A DNA stretch of 64,000 bases from assembly GCA_003344405.1 (NCBI GenBank), contig NOWV01000120.1, positions 1 through 64,000 of the forward strand, in the 5' to 3' direction. The notes under the pieces were generated by a model. The model did no database searches. It was given only the letters and a program-made list of their open reading frames with translations, and was not told the origin of the DNA. Shown here piece by piece: positions 12,720 to 27,082 of this stretch (positions within the stretch are counted from its first letter, which is position 1; each line of letters starts with the position of its first letter). The position numbers and the translations under genes were made by a program. This stretch comes from Trichoplax sp. H2. Its lineage: Eukaryota.

Positions 12720-14445
12720 TTGAGTCTTCTAGATTGGATTGTTTTACTACTTACTAGTCGGTTCTGTTGTTAGCTACAATATTGATATCCATTGATGCAA
12801 ATATTTATATTGTAATCATTTCAGTTGATGCAAAATCTCTCATGCAATTTGTTTGTTTACACCGTCATTGACTATGACTGAGTGGAGTTATGCAAGCAGG
12901 GTTGAGACCGTGTATGACTAGAATCTTGGATTAGATTATTTTACTACTTACTACTCAGTCCTATAGACAGTTACAATATTGATATCCATTGATGGAGTAT
13001 CAAATGTCCATAATCGTTTGAGTAGATGGCTAGATGCAAACTCTCTTATGTAATTTGATTGCTTACACCATCGTTGACTGTGACTGAGTAAAGTAACGCA
13101 GGCTGAGACTGTGTATAACTATAATCTTGGGTTAGATGGTTTGACTACTTACTAGTCAGTCCTGTAGATAGTTACAGTATTGATATCCATGGATGGAGTA
13201 TCAAATGTCCATAATCGTTTGAGTAGATGGCTAGATGCAAACTCTCTTATGCAATTTGATTGTTTACACCATCGTTGACTGTGGCTGAGTAAAGTAACGC
13301 AAGCAGAGACTGTGTATAACTATAATCTTGGGTTAGATGGTTGGACTACTTACTAGTCAGTCCTGCAGATAGTTACAATCCATTGATGGAGTATCAAATG
13401 TCCATAATCGTTTGAGTAGATGGCTAGATGCAAAATCTCTCATGCAATTGGTTTGTTTACATTGTCATTGACTATGAGTAGAGTAATGCAAGCATAGACT
13501 GTGTACAGTATGACTACAATCTCGGACTGGATTATTTTACTACAGGATTTACTAGTCGGACCTGTAGACAACTACAATATTGATATCCATTGATGGAGTA
13601 TCAAATGTTCATCATCATTGGAGTAGATGACTAGATGCAAAATCTCTCATGCAATTGGTTCGTTTACACCGTCGTTGACTGTGAGTGAGTAGAGTAATGC
13701 AAGCAGAGACTGTGTATGACTAGAATCTTGGATTAGATTATTTTACTACAGGACTTACTAGTCGGACCTGTAGACAACTACAATATTGATATCCATTGAT
13801 GGAGTATCAAATGTTCATCATCATTGGAGTAGATGACTAGAAGCAAAATCTCTCACGCAATTGGTTTGTTTACATTATCATTGACTATGAGTAGAGTAAT
13901 GCAAGCAGAGGCTGTGTATGATTAGAATCTCGGACTGGATTATTTTACTACAGGATTTACTAGTCGGACCTGTAGACAACTACAATATTGATATCCATTG
14001 ATGGAGTATCAAATGTTCATCATCATTAGAGTAGATGACTAGAAGCAAAATCTCTGATGCAATTGGTTTGTTTACATTATCATTAATTATGAGTAGAGTA
14101 ATGCAAGCAGATATTCATTGATGGAGTATCAAATGTTCATCATCATTGGAGTAGATGACTAGATGCAAAATCTGTCATGCAATTGGTTCGTTTACACCAT
14201 CGTTGAATGTGACTGAGTAAAGTAATGCAAGCAGAGACTGTGTATGACTAGAATCTTGGATTAGATTATTTTACTACAGGACTTACTAGTCGGACCTGTA
14301 GACAACTACAATATTGATATCCATTGATGGAGTATCAAATGTTCATCATCATTGGAGTAGATGACTAGAAGCAAAATCTGTCATGCAATTGGTTTGTTTA
14401 CCTTGCTATTGATGAGTCGAGGAATGGCAAGCAAGGTGGAGACGG
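12720..14445. repeat. Tandem satellite, ~9 units of ~200 bp (one unit shortened to ~130 bp by internal deletion)
   Basis: The marker ACAATATTGATATCCATTGATGGAGTATCAAAT recurs at ~12780, 12975, 13175, 13375, 13575, 13780, 13982, 14110 and 14308. The whole unit is repeated and there are no unique spacers. Confidence 0.95.
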
Positions 14446-14685
14446 TGTGTTTCATGCAGATCATTTTATCCAATGCACGACTATAATCACGACCGGTGTG
14501 ACAGCGTCACTATCGTCTCGCCAAGGACTGTTTAGTCATTTGGTCATCATAGGAAAATCACGCGCAATAACTCAGTACAATACTTTACAATCAGTCCGGT
14601 ACTGTAGTTGGAAGAGTACAATGTTCCAAAATCGTCTAAATTTCATAGCTGTTCACTAGAAAATGTTCTCGGTCGAATGGATTGT

Positions 14686-14846
14686 ATACTATACTGTACA
14701 GTGTACAGTACTTACTATCATACTGTACTGTACACTCTGTGTTCAGTAATACAGTACAGTACAGTATTACAGTATTACAGTATTACTGTATTACTGTATT
14801 ACTGTATTACTGTATTCCTGTATTACTGTATTCCTGTATTACTGTG
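14686..14846. repeat. TACAG/CTGTA-rich tract ending in an 8-bp (TATTACWG)n microsatellite, upstream of HPS5
   Basis: Direct reading: tacagtacagtattacagtattacagtattactgtattactgtattactg... Confidence 0.9.
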
Positions 14847-15239
14847 CGCTCACTTGCACCCGGCTAGTCTCCATCAAAGTTTCAAGGATGAAAGCATGGC
14901 AACCAACTTGCTAAGTTAATTTCGATCAACGATCACGCATTTCCTTATAGCTTATTACAACAAGTAGTGGCATTACTCAGAGAGATTGGCAATAGTGGAT
15001 GATTGCACCTTGACACGGATGTAGGATTGTGATGGTGTATTGTTGTAATAGTAGCCCATCAATTTCAGCAGTATTGTAGAATGATGTAATGGATGCTAGC
15101 AGCAGCTTGGCTAAGCGAGATCAATGACCTAATTCATTTTACCACCATTGACCAAACTATTGATATCTTGGTCATATCGACGATTAAACCATTGATTGAA
15201 GCTTAATTTCATAGTAACAATCTCTCGTTGATAACAATC

Positions 15240-18200
15240 ATGGCTTCTTCGGTTGGCTACTCTGATTCTGAAAGTTCTGTTGCCAATCCAACAGTAACTA
15301 CTGATCGTCCAACGCCTTACATACTTTTCGAACAAGGTATGCTAGATGAACTGATGACACCGATTCGCTCGTCAATTCGGACAAAAGTAAGTATTTTACT
15401 ATTTCATGCCTGTTCAGAACATTGAAATGATGGCATCTCTCTTACGAAGCCTGTTTGTACTTGTACTTAAATAGACCACCTCTCTAGGATAGTGATTATC
15501 GTCAACAAAATTACGATCATTAATTCATTTTATTGTCAACTAACTGTACTGTCATTAACCTGCAGGCTACACTGCACACTCGTCGCTACATTTCAATTTG
15601 AGTTTTACACTCATGTTGGAACCATCTTGGACTACATCATGACGTCATAAAATGTAATAACCGATAAAAGTCATGATTAGACCAATAGCAACAGCATTAA
15701 ATTGAACTGAGCCTTTTTCAGATCTAGTCATGATACATTCTTAGAGAATGAAAGGAAATAAAAGTACAGAGTGCACCAAAGCACCGATAATGTCCACTAG
15801 TAATAAAAGTATGATGTCATTCCTAAGAAAAAACAGCCCATAATCAATTTATATTACACTGTACTGTATGGATGATTGACCAAATATTCATATAGATGCA
15901 ATAGCTTCAACAAACGGACAACTTAATTAGCATTACTATCTGTGTGGACGTACGTAAACATAAACTCATTCATTACTTTCGATGGTTATCAATTGTAATG
16001 GCAGTGATCATTCTATCAAAGATTTTGTATCATCAGTCCGAAGTACTTCCATTTCTTTCATAATTAAATCTGTAGCAGGCATCATACGGTATAAAGCTAA
16101 AGCTTGATGGTATATATACATCCATATACCATTATCGCTTAATGACTTTGTTTGCATAAAAATCAACACGAATAATGATGAAAATAGTATTGATATCTAA
16201 CTAATCGGATATTATGAGCACAAGCATAAATTCATTTGGCATTATCAATTTGCAGTAGCAATCATTTATTAAATCCACCTTGATTACTTGTTTTTGTCGA
16301 TTGCGATAGCTTTGCTGTGCCATGATTTAATCTAAATGAATTACAATGAAACTTCATTACGATGCCATTATCGAATGTAAAGCTTAAGTGAGAATAATAG
16401 ACTCTGAACCAATGTTAACTGATCGTATGTTATTTGATTTACAGTATGTCTGTATGGCTGTTTCACGATGTTATATCATCATGGGATCCAACAATGCAGC
16501 ACTCTACTGCTTTGGAAGAGCCAATGTACGATTCCGACAACTGCTGACGCATAAAGACATGAAAGGATGTGCATCTGTTGTCAAGATATCAGTTAATGAA
16601 GCCTATGCAGCCGTAGGCACCCGGTTAGTACTATAAATCTATTATTTTTAGCTACGACCACAAAGTTAAATTTGTGCAGTGTATTATGAAATTACTTACA
16701 GATCAGTGCAATTCATTGTAATATGCAATCGTCTAATTGCAAGTATTTACACATTTTTTGTTATACACATCTACTCTGACGTAATTGTAAGATGGTACAA
16801 CAATTATTGATCATAAATAACATTTCTTTCCTTGTAGAGATGGCCTGATATACATTTGGCAGCTCAATTTGAACACCAAATTAAAACCAAAGGTAAGACC
16901 ACAGTCTGGATATAACTCTACTGTATGCTGGTTCAACTTTTGAAGTGATTACATTATTAAAAGAAGACTAGTCTGCTGTGCCATGACTAAGAAATGAATA
17001 CTATTAAACAAATGCATCCAGTAAGGGATTGAATCTGTCGATCTCTCTTTAATTCCTTTTTCACAACGTTAAAGCTATTATGCATAGAAAAAGAACATCA
17101 AGGAGCAACTATTACAGCATTATGCTGGGATCAACAAAGTACACGTGTATTTACTGGGGATGATAAGGGCAAGGTGTCGATTACTAAATTTCCTGTTGGA
17201 AAGGTAGGTTACTATAAATAGGTTGTCATAACGTTTAGCGTTAGATATTTACTTCTAATGCCCAGATTTAACTTGTTTCGTTACGATATAATGTCAATAT
17301 TATTACGCATAAATCATTTCATAACTGATAAAAATATACTTTGAGGTATACGTCAGTTAATAATAAATCTCATCGTAATCTTAATCTAAATAAAATATTT
17401 TGCTTGGACATGACATGTAATGCTCCAGGCATCAAGATTATTATCATTAAGTTCCTCCGTGGCTATCATGCGCAACGAAAATTATATAGTCCAGCTAGAT
17501 TTCCATTCAAATAAACTATTGGTATCCACAATAACTCAGTGCTATATCTGTAACCTTCTTAGGTAAGATCATTAATTCTAGTTTAAAGAGTTATGATCGC
17601 TCTAAACGAGGCGATATATTTTGGCAACAATTGCACATAGGTAATAAATCAAAAGAGCAGCCACTTAAATTATTCGAGCAATCTGTAGGAGATTTGATGA
17701 AATAAAATTTCTTAGCCTTATCAAATATTAATTCATACAATCTATCTTACAGTGAACAAGCTGCCCAAGTAGGCAAAAAACCGCGGTAAGTAGTTCTCCA
17801 ATAATGCATTGGTTTTAGACTCTGCATGATATCAAAATAAAAGTTTCTAGTGTCTACATTTTATATGGAACAATTACTCAATCTAGGAACGGAATGTACG
17901 GAGGCTGTTTCTGTCATGGTACTAATGACCGATCGCAAAATGCTACTCCATTTATTTATTGTGCCCGGCCTGGCTCGAGATTATGGAAGGTAGATTCTGC
18001 CCTAAAGCTCATACACATTACTGATTGGTAATTTTTATCCTTAGTATACAGATATTATTGTTGATTTTAGGTCGATTTTGAAGGAACGGTCTTATCAACA
18101 CAGCAATATAAGAACTTATTAGCTGTACCACCATTACCTATCGTAGGCATCAAGTTAGTAGATTTTATCATCATAAATTAAAAGTATTTCAGTCAATTTT

Positions 18201-21200
18201 CATAAAAGCAACACTGACATTTAACCTATTTTTGCTAGTCGACATTTTCAAATACCAAAAGATTCTTCTAATGGGAATTGGAATCCACAGTCATTGAACT
18301 TTGCAAAATTACAACCGATTAGGTGCGAATTTTAGACGAATATACAGTAGCAATTATAACGATCTTACTCATCGATTTTAATTTCGGAATTTTATTATAT
18401 TCGTCCGTTTGTAAAATTAACTACAATATCTTGCAACGATCAACGGAATTATTTTAGAAATCGTTTCATTATCACCTGGGCTGCTTCTATGCTATACGTC
18501 TTTGATCCACAATCTGTCAAAGTTATAGGATGGTATAACGCTTATGAAGGTAAATCCATTTTGTTTACTCATTAAATCTGCATTAAAATCTTAGAATAGA
18601 AGTGATTTTGTTAATAGGTATTATCGACGTAATTACTCTCGGCCGTGAAACCTATGTCTTATTATCGGACTCTAGCGAGCAGTTAAGCGTGGTTAAGCTT
18701 ACCATGATATCAGCAGAAGATAGCATAAGTAAACTTATTGATAACTGTCTTTGGCAGCAGGCTGCTTGGGTAAATTGTTGATATAACAGTTCAGAGATTG
18801 AATATCACCAATATCTAAAATATCTATAGACAAGTTGAATTGAAACGCATTCAATTGTTTTATATATAGATTGCTTGCAAGTACAACGATAGGATAATGT
18901 TAGAATTCACTAGAGCTGTTTTGCCTGCCTCCAAGTTAGAAAACTTGAAGGATATGGTTAAGGATATAGATCCCTTAATATGTGAACAGCTTGAAGATTT
19001 ATGTAAACTTGCACAGTCACAGAGCGAAAGGCGAATATTAGGCAGTTATACATCATATTACTCCGAGAGTGAACAAGAAGGCCTATATCCATCTCGTTAT
19101 TTGGGCTTTAAACAGGAAGATACCGTATCAAACGATGAATCGGATAGTAGCGCAGCTCTACCATCGGAAGAAGAAAGTTTCATGTCAGATTCAAAATCAA
19201 TTATAAGCGACTTATCATCACGAGCCGATGGGGAGTTTGATTTTGAAAATCGAGTAACTGGAGAATTTAAAAATGCGCTAGTGAGCAATAAAATGAAAGC
19301 TATCGGTAACAAGAATTATACTCATCAGGAACTCTTTGTTAGCTCTGCTACGGCTGCTGAGATACCACCTGCTTTAAATGATAGTGATAATGCATCAGTT
19401 ACTACCCCAAAGCAAGTTATTACTACTGCAGATAATGATCAATCTATTAGCGACACTGGGGTTACAGAAAACTCCGTAACAGATGTTGATGGTGAAGTCA
19501 AAAGTTCTCCTAATGCGGTGAAGGACACAGCACCTACTGCGTTCAGTTCGGCAATTTTGGACAAGTCACCCAGTACCGTGTTTGACAATCCATCTGCTAC
19601 CCCGGCGATTCTACAAACAACTGAAGATACACATAGTGATAAGAATGATAATCCATCCTGTAATACTACTGAAAATGTATTAGTTCTGGTAAAGGACACT
19701 CCTGGAGAATTTAGCAATCGAACAAACATTCAGTCTTTAAATGCCGATGATCAATCTGATGTAATTGTAGTCGAGAGGGTAAAACGAAAAGGAAGATCTA
19801 CTCGCGTGACAATTGCTTCACCGAAGAAACTTACTCCTGTAAAACAAAAACGTCCTGGCAAAAAATCAAGGAATAAAGTAGTAGATGATAATGGTAACAT
19901 CGAAGAAAATTTAAAGGAAGACCTTGCTCAGATTAATCTAGCCGCTGATAACAGCAATACTACTATAAGAAAGATTAAGGAAACCGACAGCAACAAGGCT
20001 GATAGTAACCCTGAGATTATCGATGAAAATCTAAATGGTAACGCCGAATTGAAAGAGAGTAATAGAGAAACTAACGGATATGATAAAAGCGAACCTACAG
20101 TAAAGTCTTCCAATTCTTCTCCCGAAAACCAAAGTATTACCCCTGCTAATGATGTCCCCAGAGGCGTTCAGCTCAAAAGAGAAGATAAAGAAAACGTAGA
20201 CTGTACCGATAATGCTTTATCCCTCTTATCAGAAATCTACCATCCGAGCTCAAAATACCCTGCCGAGATTGCAAAATTTCATAGTCATACTATACAATTA
20301 AGGTAATTAGCGTTAGAGTACTGTTTAATGTTCTTAGCTTTAAATGATTGGCCATTGTATCATGACATTGCTCTTTATAATCTTAATCTTATAGGAAAAA
20401 ATTAAAAAATCGTAATTTGCTATACAATTTTGAGGAAAGTTATTGCCATATTAGCGAATGGCTTACACAATTAGATGAAATCTACGAAATTTATGGGGAA
20501 TCGTGCACAGACTACCGTCCTAATATGAATGAGTGCACAGTATCTACTAGAATGCCACTGGATCCAACCATTTTTGATTTGAAAGCAATTGAAGACATCA
20601 GATATCTAACTACTCTCGCATTTGACACTTGTGTTTACCATCAGCCCTTAGGTAGTCCTGTTAGTGATCAAGGTATCGACAAGAAATCACTATTTCAGTA
20701 TGTGTCATCGCCTAATGGTGACTGGAATAATAATAGTATCCAGGATTTTCAAGCTGCAGTGTTTTTATGTCGGTACTTTTATCTCTTGGACTTGAAGCAC
20801 GTACGGGGCTCATTAGCTTTACGATTTAATCACAAAACCATTACATATCAGGCGCTTATCAATTGTTTGTGTAAAGGTAAGGATAAAATATCGCATCAGA
20901 TTTATAGTGCTTCATCGTGAGGTAAAATTTTCAGTATTGATTAATCATATTTGTAGGTATAACAGTAAGACAAGAACTTTCGAAACAATTAAGGAACGCA
21001 GATGGAGAGGAATTAAACCTACTATATTTGATTTACAGGTGCATCGCAGAAAAATTGATTATAATTATCAGTCATAGGACTCCTACGCTTGCTTTAAAAT
21101 ACGGATATCTGTAAAATTATCGCTCCATTTATTTTTAGTTTCTTACATATTGCATGTGTTTTTTATTTTTAGAAAAATTAAAGAAGATCCGATGATAATA

Positions 21201-23515
21201 TCTGAACTACTATCTAGTGTACGATCAAATATTGATCTTTGGGAAATTGCTCAGTTATTTATGATGAGAATCTATGAAGTAGAATTTTATTCATTTCAAG
21301 AGAAAGAAGAGCAGATATCGACTGTTTACAAAGCATTTTCTCGCTACTGGACGAATATACCATTAAACTTAAAGTTGAGAAAGAAGGCACTTCGACGCTT
21401 TTGCAACGATCACGACAGCGTGGTATTCTTTTTCGAGGCGATGCTATACGTGGATGCAAAAAATAGTTCAGAAATTGCTTTGAAATGTCTGTGTAGTCAT
21501 CCAAGGTCGGTGTTTAAGATTATCTTTAAATTTCATTAATATTATTTGATAATATACATCGCATGCCATTCATTCATAGGAGTGGAGCTCATCTTTACAG
21601 CTGGGGAGGACAAGAGTTCATCGATGAAATGTTAGATTTATGTTTAAATGTAATTAAGTCATCCCACACCAAACGAAGTTTACTTAAGGTCTGCAGAACT
21701 AGTGGGTAAGTATAGCTGCTAATGACTGCTTTCGAATAATTATTCAAAAATATAGAATTCACTAAGAAAACTTTTAGTCTAACTGGCATTTATTTACTTT
21801 ATTAGATACTGGATTGGATATATTCGTTTATGCTTACATTTAGAAATGTTAGATGAAGCGGTAGCGTGTGCTACACAATTAGGAGATGCCAATTTGATCT
21901 ATAATAAAATGGATAAGGCACTATTCAAGGAAGGTTAGAACAATAGATTTTAGAATGCATTTCACATCCGGTATAATTTCCTGTGATACGCAAACAATTA
22001 AAGTTCTTTCATGTTTTATAGCAATTTTCTGTACATCTCTAATACGCAAAAACTAAAATAGTTCAAAACTTTGTTGTTAAGATTTTTTAGTTGATAACTT
22101 AGAAAGTTGGTCACTATTCCTAAGAAAGTTGATCTTGTATCGAAAGCTCCACTTGCGAAATGAAGATGGGAAAGAAATCAAATCAGTCACATTGCACTGT
22201 TTAAGCTGCAATAAGCAGCTGCCAGAGAATATCACTTTGGATAATGGTATTTTTTGGTCTGTTAGTATAACCTGGGAAGATGCCATTTTACGGTTGTTAA
22301 ATGTGCAAGGTTCACGTACTGCATTACAAATCCTTTCCGAACTGAAACTTGAAGGCAATTACTTGCCTTCTACATTTTTCGCTAAAATAATGGATATAGC
22401 CGTACTTGAAAAACAAGAGGAGTAAGCTATAAAAGTATTTTCTGAAATTGTTCATCAATTTTTTGATCTTGCATTTAAAACTGTATGAATCGTTACTACT
22501 AGATCTGCAGTTTACGAAATCCTTGAACATGTAGATGCATTTTATTGGCTCCAACAAAGTGAATCTTTACCGCACCATGTAAGCATGACTTACTAGTTTT
22601 TAATGACGATTTTATCCTGCCTAATTTATCGTTATTGGAGTAGTCTCATTTTAACCAATTTTTATATGATGATTAAGATTTTCTCAATTTAATAACTTCA
22701 TACAAAATAGATACTCGCTATAAATGAGGTAGAGAAAGCTAGCAATCTTTCTAAGCAAGATTTAGAAGATCCGAATTTAATGGTTTGTATCGTGCAACTA
22801 TGTTACTATACTTCGATCACTATTGCAATGTTAAATGTAAGTTGCAGAATAAAGATGATCATCCATATTGCAGGCTTACTACGAGGAAGCGGCAAAAATG
22901 TTTCGGTCACCTGAAAATATGGGTATGCGCACTTCTCATTAATTTTAAATTTTCATTCTAATTGCTAAAATATATCACTATTATTTTTAATAAAGCTTGT
23001 CAGTGGGGAACAACCGTAGATATACAAAGGTAACACAGCTAATAGAATAAAAAAACTAGTTTATTTCTTATTCATTTATCATCTAATTATAACGATCTTA
23101 GAAGAAAGTGAATTTCTGATAACTGTTATTTGCTGTTGCTTTTTGACTTTATATAGTCCCTGTCCTATATGCCAGGTTCCGTTAACTGAGGATGTTTCTA
23201 CACATATAGAAGGACTAGCTGCCTTTGACTGTGGTATAATTATGCAACATTTCACTTACCTTATTTGATGGTATTGTTTGTAATTGTGCTTGCTCTAATA
23301 CTTTATGTATAGGTCATGCTTTTCATAAGATATGTGTTCCTGAGTTAGGATGTCGAATTTGTTTGACAAAAAGTCTCTCAAATAAAGTTGGAGGATCTGT
23401 CCAAAGGCGAAATAATTTGGGCACTGTAGATATAAGAAAGACTATACTCGCAACAAAAAATAACGTAGGCATAATTGATGCTGAAAGAACCAGAAACACA
23501 TTGGGAAATTTATAA
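15240..23515 (+). CDS. HPS5: Hermansky-Pudlak syndrome 5 (BLOC-2 subunit) homologue, ~24 exons: WD40 propeller, large low-complexity exon, helical region, C-terminal RING-H2
   Basis: Spliced peptides match HPS5: EHQGATITALCWD..TRVFTGDDKGKVS, IVQLDF, YCARPGSRLWKVDFEGTVLSTQQYK, QSLNFAKL, ILEHVDAFYWLQQ. Exon 1 is 15240-15386, exon 2 starts at 16445, the large exon is ~18870-20302, and the last exon is 23313-23515 (TAA). Introns are GT-AG. Confidence 0.85.
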
Positions 23516-25024
23516 ATTATTTCGCCTTAATAATTTAAAACGTATCTTCTTTTAATGTATATACATACAGATATTCAATTTATTTACATAGATACATTTT
23601 ATATTTGTAAGATTATAAAATATTGTGATATCTATTTGGCAACATCATGTTACTAACGTGCTAACGAGTTGTACAGTACTGTTTCACACTGATATCATAC
23701 AGTACCGAGCGTTATTAATTCCTTAGCTATATATAGAGTGTTATTTTGCAAGTGATAGAAATTTATATTCATTCATAGATAGTCGATACGACAACGTTTA
23801 CAAACTAAATCTGATCTAAAAAACCTTACATAATACGTCTGCAAAGACTTTAAATTTATCGCTTTTGTTTATATAAATATAATACTTGAATACAATTGAA
23901 CGTAAATCTTGAATATATTTTAAATTCCATTGAAAAATCTATTTTATCATTCTAAATTTATGTATGATCCTTCGTCAATGTTCAATTTTTCTTTTCTGTC
24001 TAAATTTTATCGTTGTACCGCAGAATGTTCTTTCGTAGATAGACAATACTTGATATGACGCCAATATATTTTGGACAACTAGGGCTAGATGATGAAATAT
24101 TTCGGTCATTATAATATTATTCTTTATATATGACCCCATTATATTCGCATATGCAGTTGCGAATATAGCTAGCATTTTCTTTGTAATTGATACTTTGTTT
24201 GATTTTTTCTGCTAATTATTGTATTCGCTGTGAATATTTTGGCTACATAATACATGTAGGTATGTTACCGAACCATTATTTGTGCAGCCATACTTTTACA
24301 GCTTACTTGGTCAGGAAAATAGGTTTGTAAATTGTGTCTCAATTTACAGTCAATAATAATGGTTGAAATTTTTGTGTTAAAGTACTCAAACTGCTTCTTA
24401 TACACGGCTTCATTTTCATAATTGAGAATCTATTTCAAGATAAGAATGGCTTAGTATCTGAATTACAATGAAATTGCTACCATGATTCGAGTCTATTAAA
24501 AACGGTGTCATGAATTTTATCAGATGAATATAGCTTATATATTCAATTTTGATGTACATTATGCAACATCTTGTACTAATTCGTATATGTAGAGTAGTTT
24601 TGTAATAAAGATGACTTTCGCAGTTTAATTTATCTGATTAAAGTAAAATATTTAAAACATGACAGATATATCGATACAGGAATAGCAAATTGCGCTACAA
24701 ATAATCACTTTTATTAATGCGATATTGATTATGGTAATGTATCTGTGAAGGACCGCCATAATCAGCGATCGTACCAGTAAACTAATTTATTATATACGCA
24801 TAAGAGTGTACCCGTACGTAATCACATCCTTTTGGTACAGTACATATATATAAACAAAGTTCCACCAACGGAACAAAAACTCACTAATATAAAATTTATA
24901 AAATATGCAAAAACATATTGAAGTTGAAGAGTACTCTTATACGCGTTTTTTTTAGACGCACGTTAGAGTGAGTTAGAGTTGCCATGAGCGTATACAATTT
25001 TATATAACTTTATCCGGTATTAAA

Positions 25025-25250
25025 AGTTTTCATATTTAATGGAATAGTATCGCCTTTACCGATTAGAAATGGAGTAGCTGATGATTTTGCAATTTCATTT
25101 TACGATACAGTATTATACATCTCACTGTCAATCCTCGAGGTTAACTAGGTTTTTATATTTAATGGAGTGATATCGCATATACCGACTAGAAATTGAGTGG
25201 CTGATGATTTTGCTAGTCATTTTACAGTTCAGTATGTATATTAACCTATA
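25025..25250. repeat. Degenerate ~120-bp tandem duplication (2 copies)
   Basis: ...ATATTTAATGGAATAGTATCGCCTTTACCGATTAGAAATGGAGTAGCTGATGATTTTGC vs ...ATATTTAATGGAGTGATATCGCATATACCGACTAGAAATTGAGTGGCTGATGATTTTGC. Confidence 0.75.
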
Positions 25251-26169
25251 TATCACTATCAACGTACGGCCATATTCAACCCGAGCATGAAGTACTACAT
25301 TTATGGTCAATGCCCGAAATGATGTTGCAATTTCATAAATTCATTTTCTTTATTTATATCAATCTATGCAGTGAAATGATCAAAATTTAATTTGTAAAAG
25401 TAATTATACCAAATTAATATTCAAGATATTCGCTATAATGTCTACTGCAATCCCGCATTGATTTCAAATGTCATTTAACTGAGAAGAAGTGTTGTTCAAG
25501 CCATAAGAACTTTCATTTAGAGAAGATCAATGGTGTAACCTGTGCATTAGATACTTTATACTTATATAGTCAGATACTGTCTATACTGTAGATCTACAAG
25601 ATGCAAGAAAAATCTAAGGTTAGATACTAGGATCTAGTTATAGTATGAAGCTGTAGAACTTCGAGGTCTATGAATATAGTTTTCTACGCCAATGCAGTGG
25701 CAGCTAAAGTTGTGACCTGGGAATTTAGGGGAGATGCTGCCGGTTAGGCATGCTATAGCTTGTGACCATAATACAGTTCAGTGCTGTGGAAAATAATATT
25801 TATTAAATTATTTTCGTTGGCTCACACTTTCATAATGTTACATTAAAGTTGTCATCAAAATAAACTACAGTACAGTACGGTGCAATAGGGAGAAAATAAG
25901 CTTCAAGACAATTTAGTATAGAGCAATGGCTCAAGCTTTAACAGTAAAATAAAATTTTCCCAGCACTATTGATTAAACTATTTAATTTATACCGTATCTG
26001 GCCTATCCTAAGGATGTGAAAACGATTTACAGTATTTATTTATTATTATCAAATTAATTAGTTCAATAATAACTGAATAGCTAGGGGAATTTTCTCAAAC
26101 TGCACTGGTACAGACGTACAGACGCCACTTTCTTTTTGACACGTCCACTGACTAGAGGCCCTCTATACC

Positions 26170-26410
26170 ATACTGCACACAGTGCACAGTACACTGTCCA
26201 GTATGCCACGTCATCCAAATCTACTGTACCGTTAACATCGACAAGTCGACGACAACTACAGTACAGTACAGTACTGTAAATACTACTACAGTACTGTTGT
26301 AGAACGTACTGTACACTGTACAGTACAGTACAATACCGTACAGTATTCGATCGCTAGAGTACAGTACATTACACTGTAAACTCAGCACAGTACTGTACCG
26401 TGCTGTACCG
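26170..26410. repeat. TACAG/CTGTA-rich tract upstream of nucleobindin A
   Basis: Many tandem and inverted tacagtacagtactgta units. Confidence 0.85.
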
Positions 26411-27082
26411 TGGAAAATCTGCCTGCATCATCATCGGTACTGCGCGTGCGTGTAATCAAACGAGCCATTTGCATTTGGATGACGAGAGTAGGACACTTAC
26501 GTCTATACTGAACTATATGCACAGCAGGGTAGTACAAGTACCTGGGTGAGAGGAATATTAATTGGTTTTAAAGCTCCGACGTTGTCATTTGGAGTTTGAT
26601 ATTCCACCCGTCGTATCATCATCATCGTTGTTAGTTTCGGTGAAGGAAAGACTGCCAAGGATTGATCAGTAAGTGAGCCATAACTGCTTAAAGTGATTAT
26701 TATAGCATAAAACTTCAATAAAGAGAGATTCATTTTACTGGAAGGAGTTAAGTTAGTGATTAATTGGATTAAAGAGCGTGTAAATTTTGTGTACTACTAC
26801 TGTAAAAGGAAGGAGAACACGCATAATGATGTCGCCAAGCATTTTTCAAATGATAGTTTAGCAAATCAATGAATCTAGATTTCAATAGTGTCTTCAATCG
26901 GATCATTTTTTTTTTACCCTTGATCCATGATATCATCAAAAAATGGATTTATCATTTTAATCCGATTGAATGCTATCAACAATTAAGACTGTACTGTAAC
27001 GAGTGATCAATAACTTAACCATTCATTCCTGCTAATTTAATGACATTTATTGTATGTTGGGGACAATATCTTTACAGGAGAG

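Noticed and set aside
12720..14445. CRISPR-like array or repeat-encoded protein
   Set aside because: The entire ~200-bp unit is repeated with no unique spacers. There are no cas genes, the context is eukaryotic, and no ORF of 60 aa or more runs through the array.
14608..14919. Tyr/Cys/Thr/Val-rich ORFs here and at 40786-41016, 47938-48177, 54756-55057, 55926-56114 and 62269-62572
   Set aside because: They are translations of TACAG/CTGTA microsatellite tracts, which are poor in stop codons, and show no domain signal.
19097..20113. Minus-strand ORFs within the large HPS5 exon
   Set aside because: They are antisense to a real low-complexity exon.
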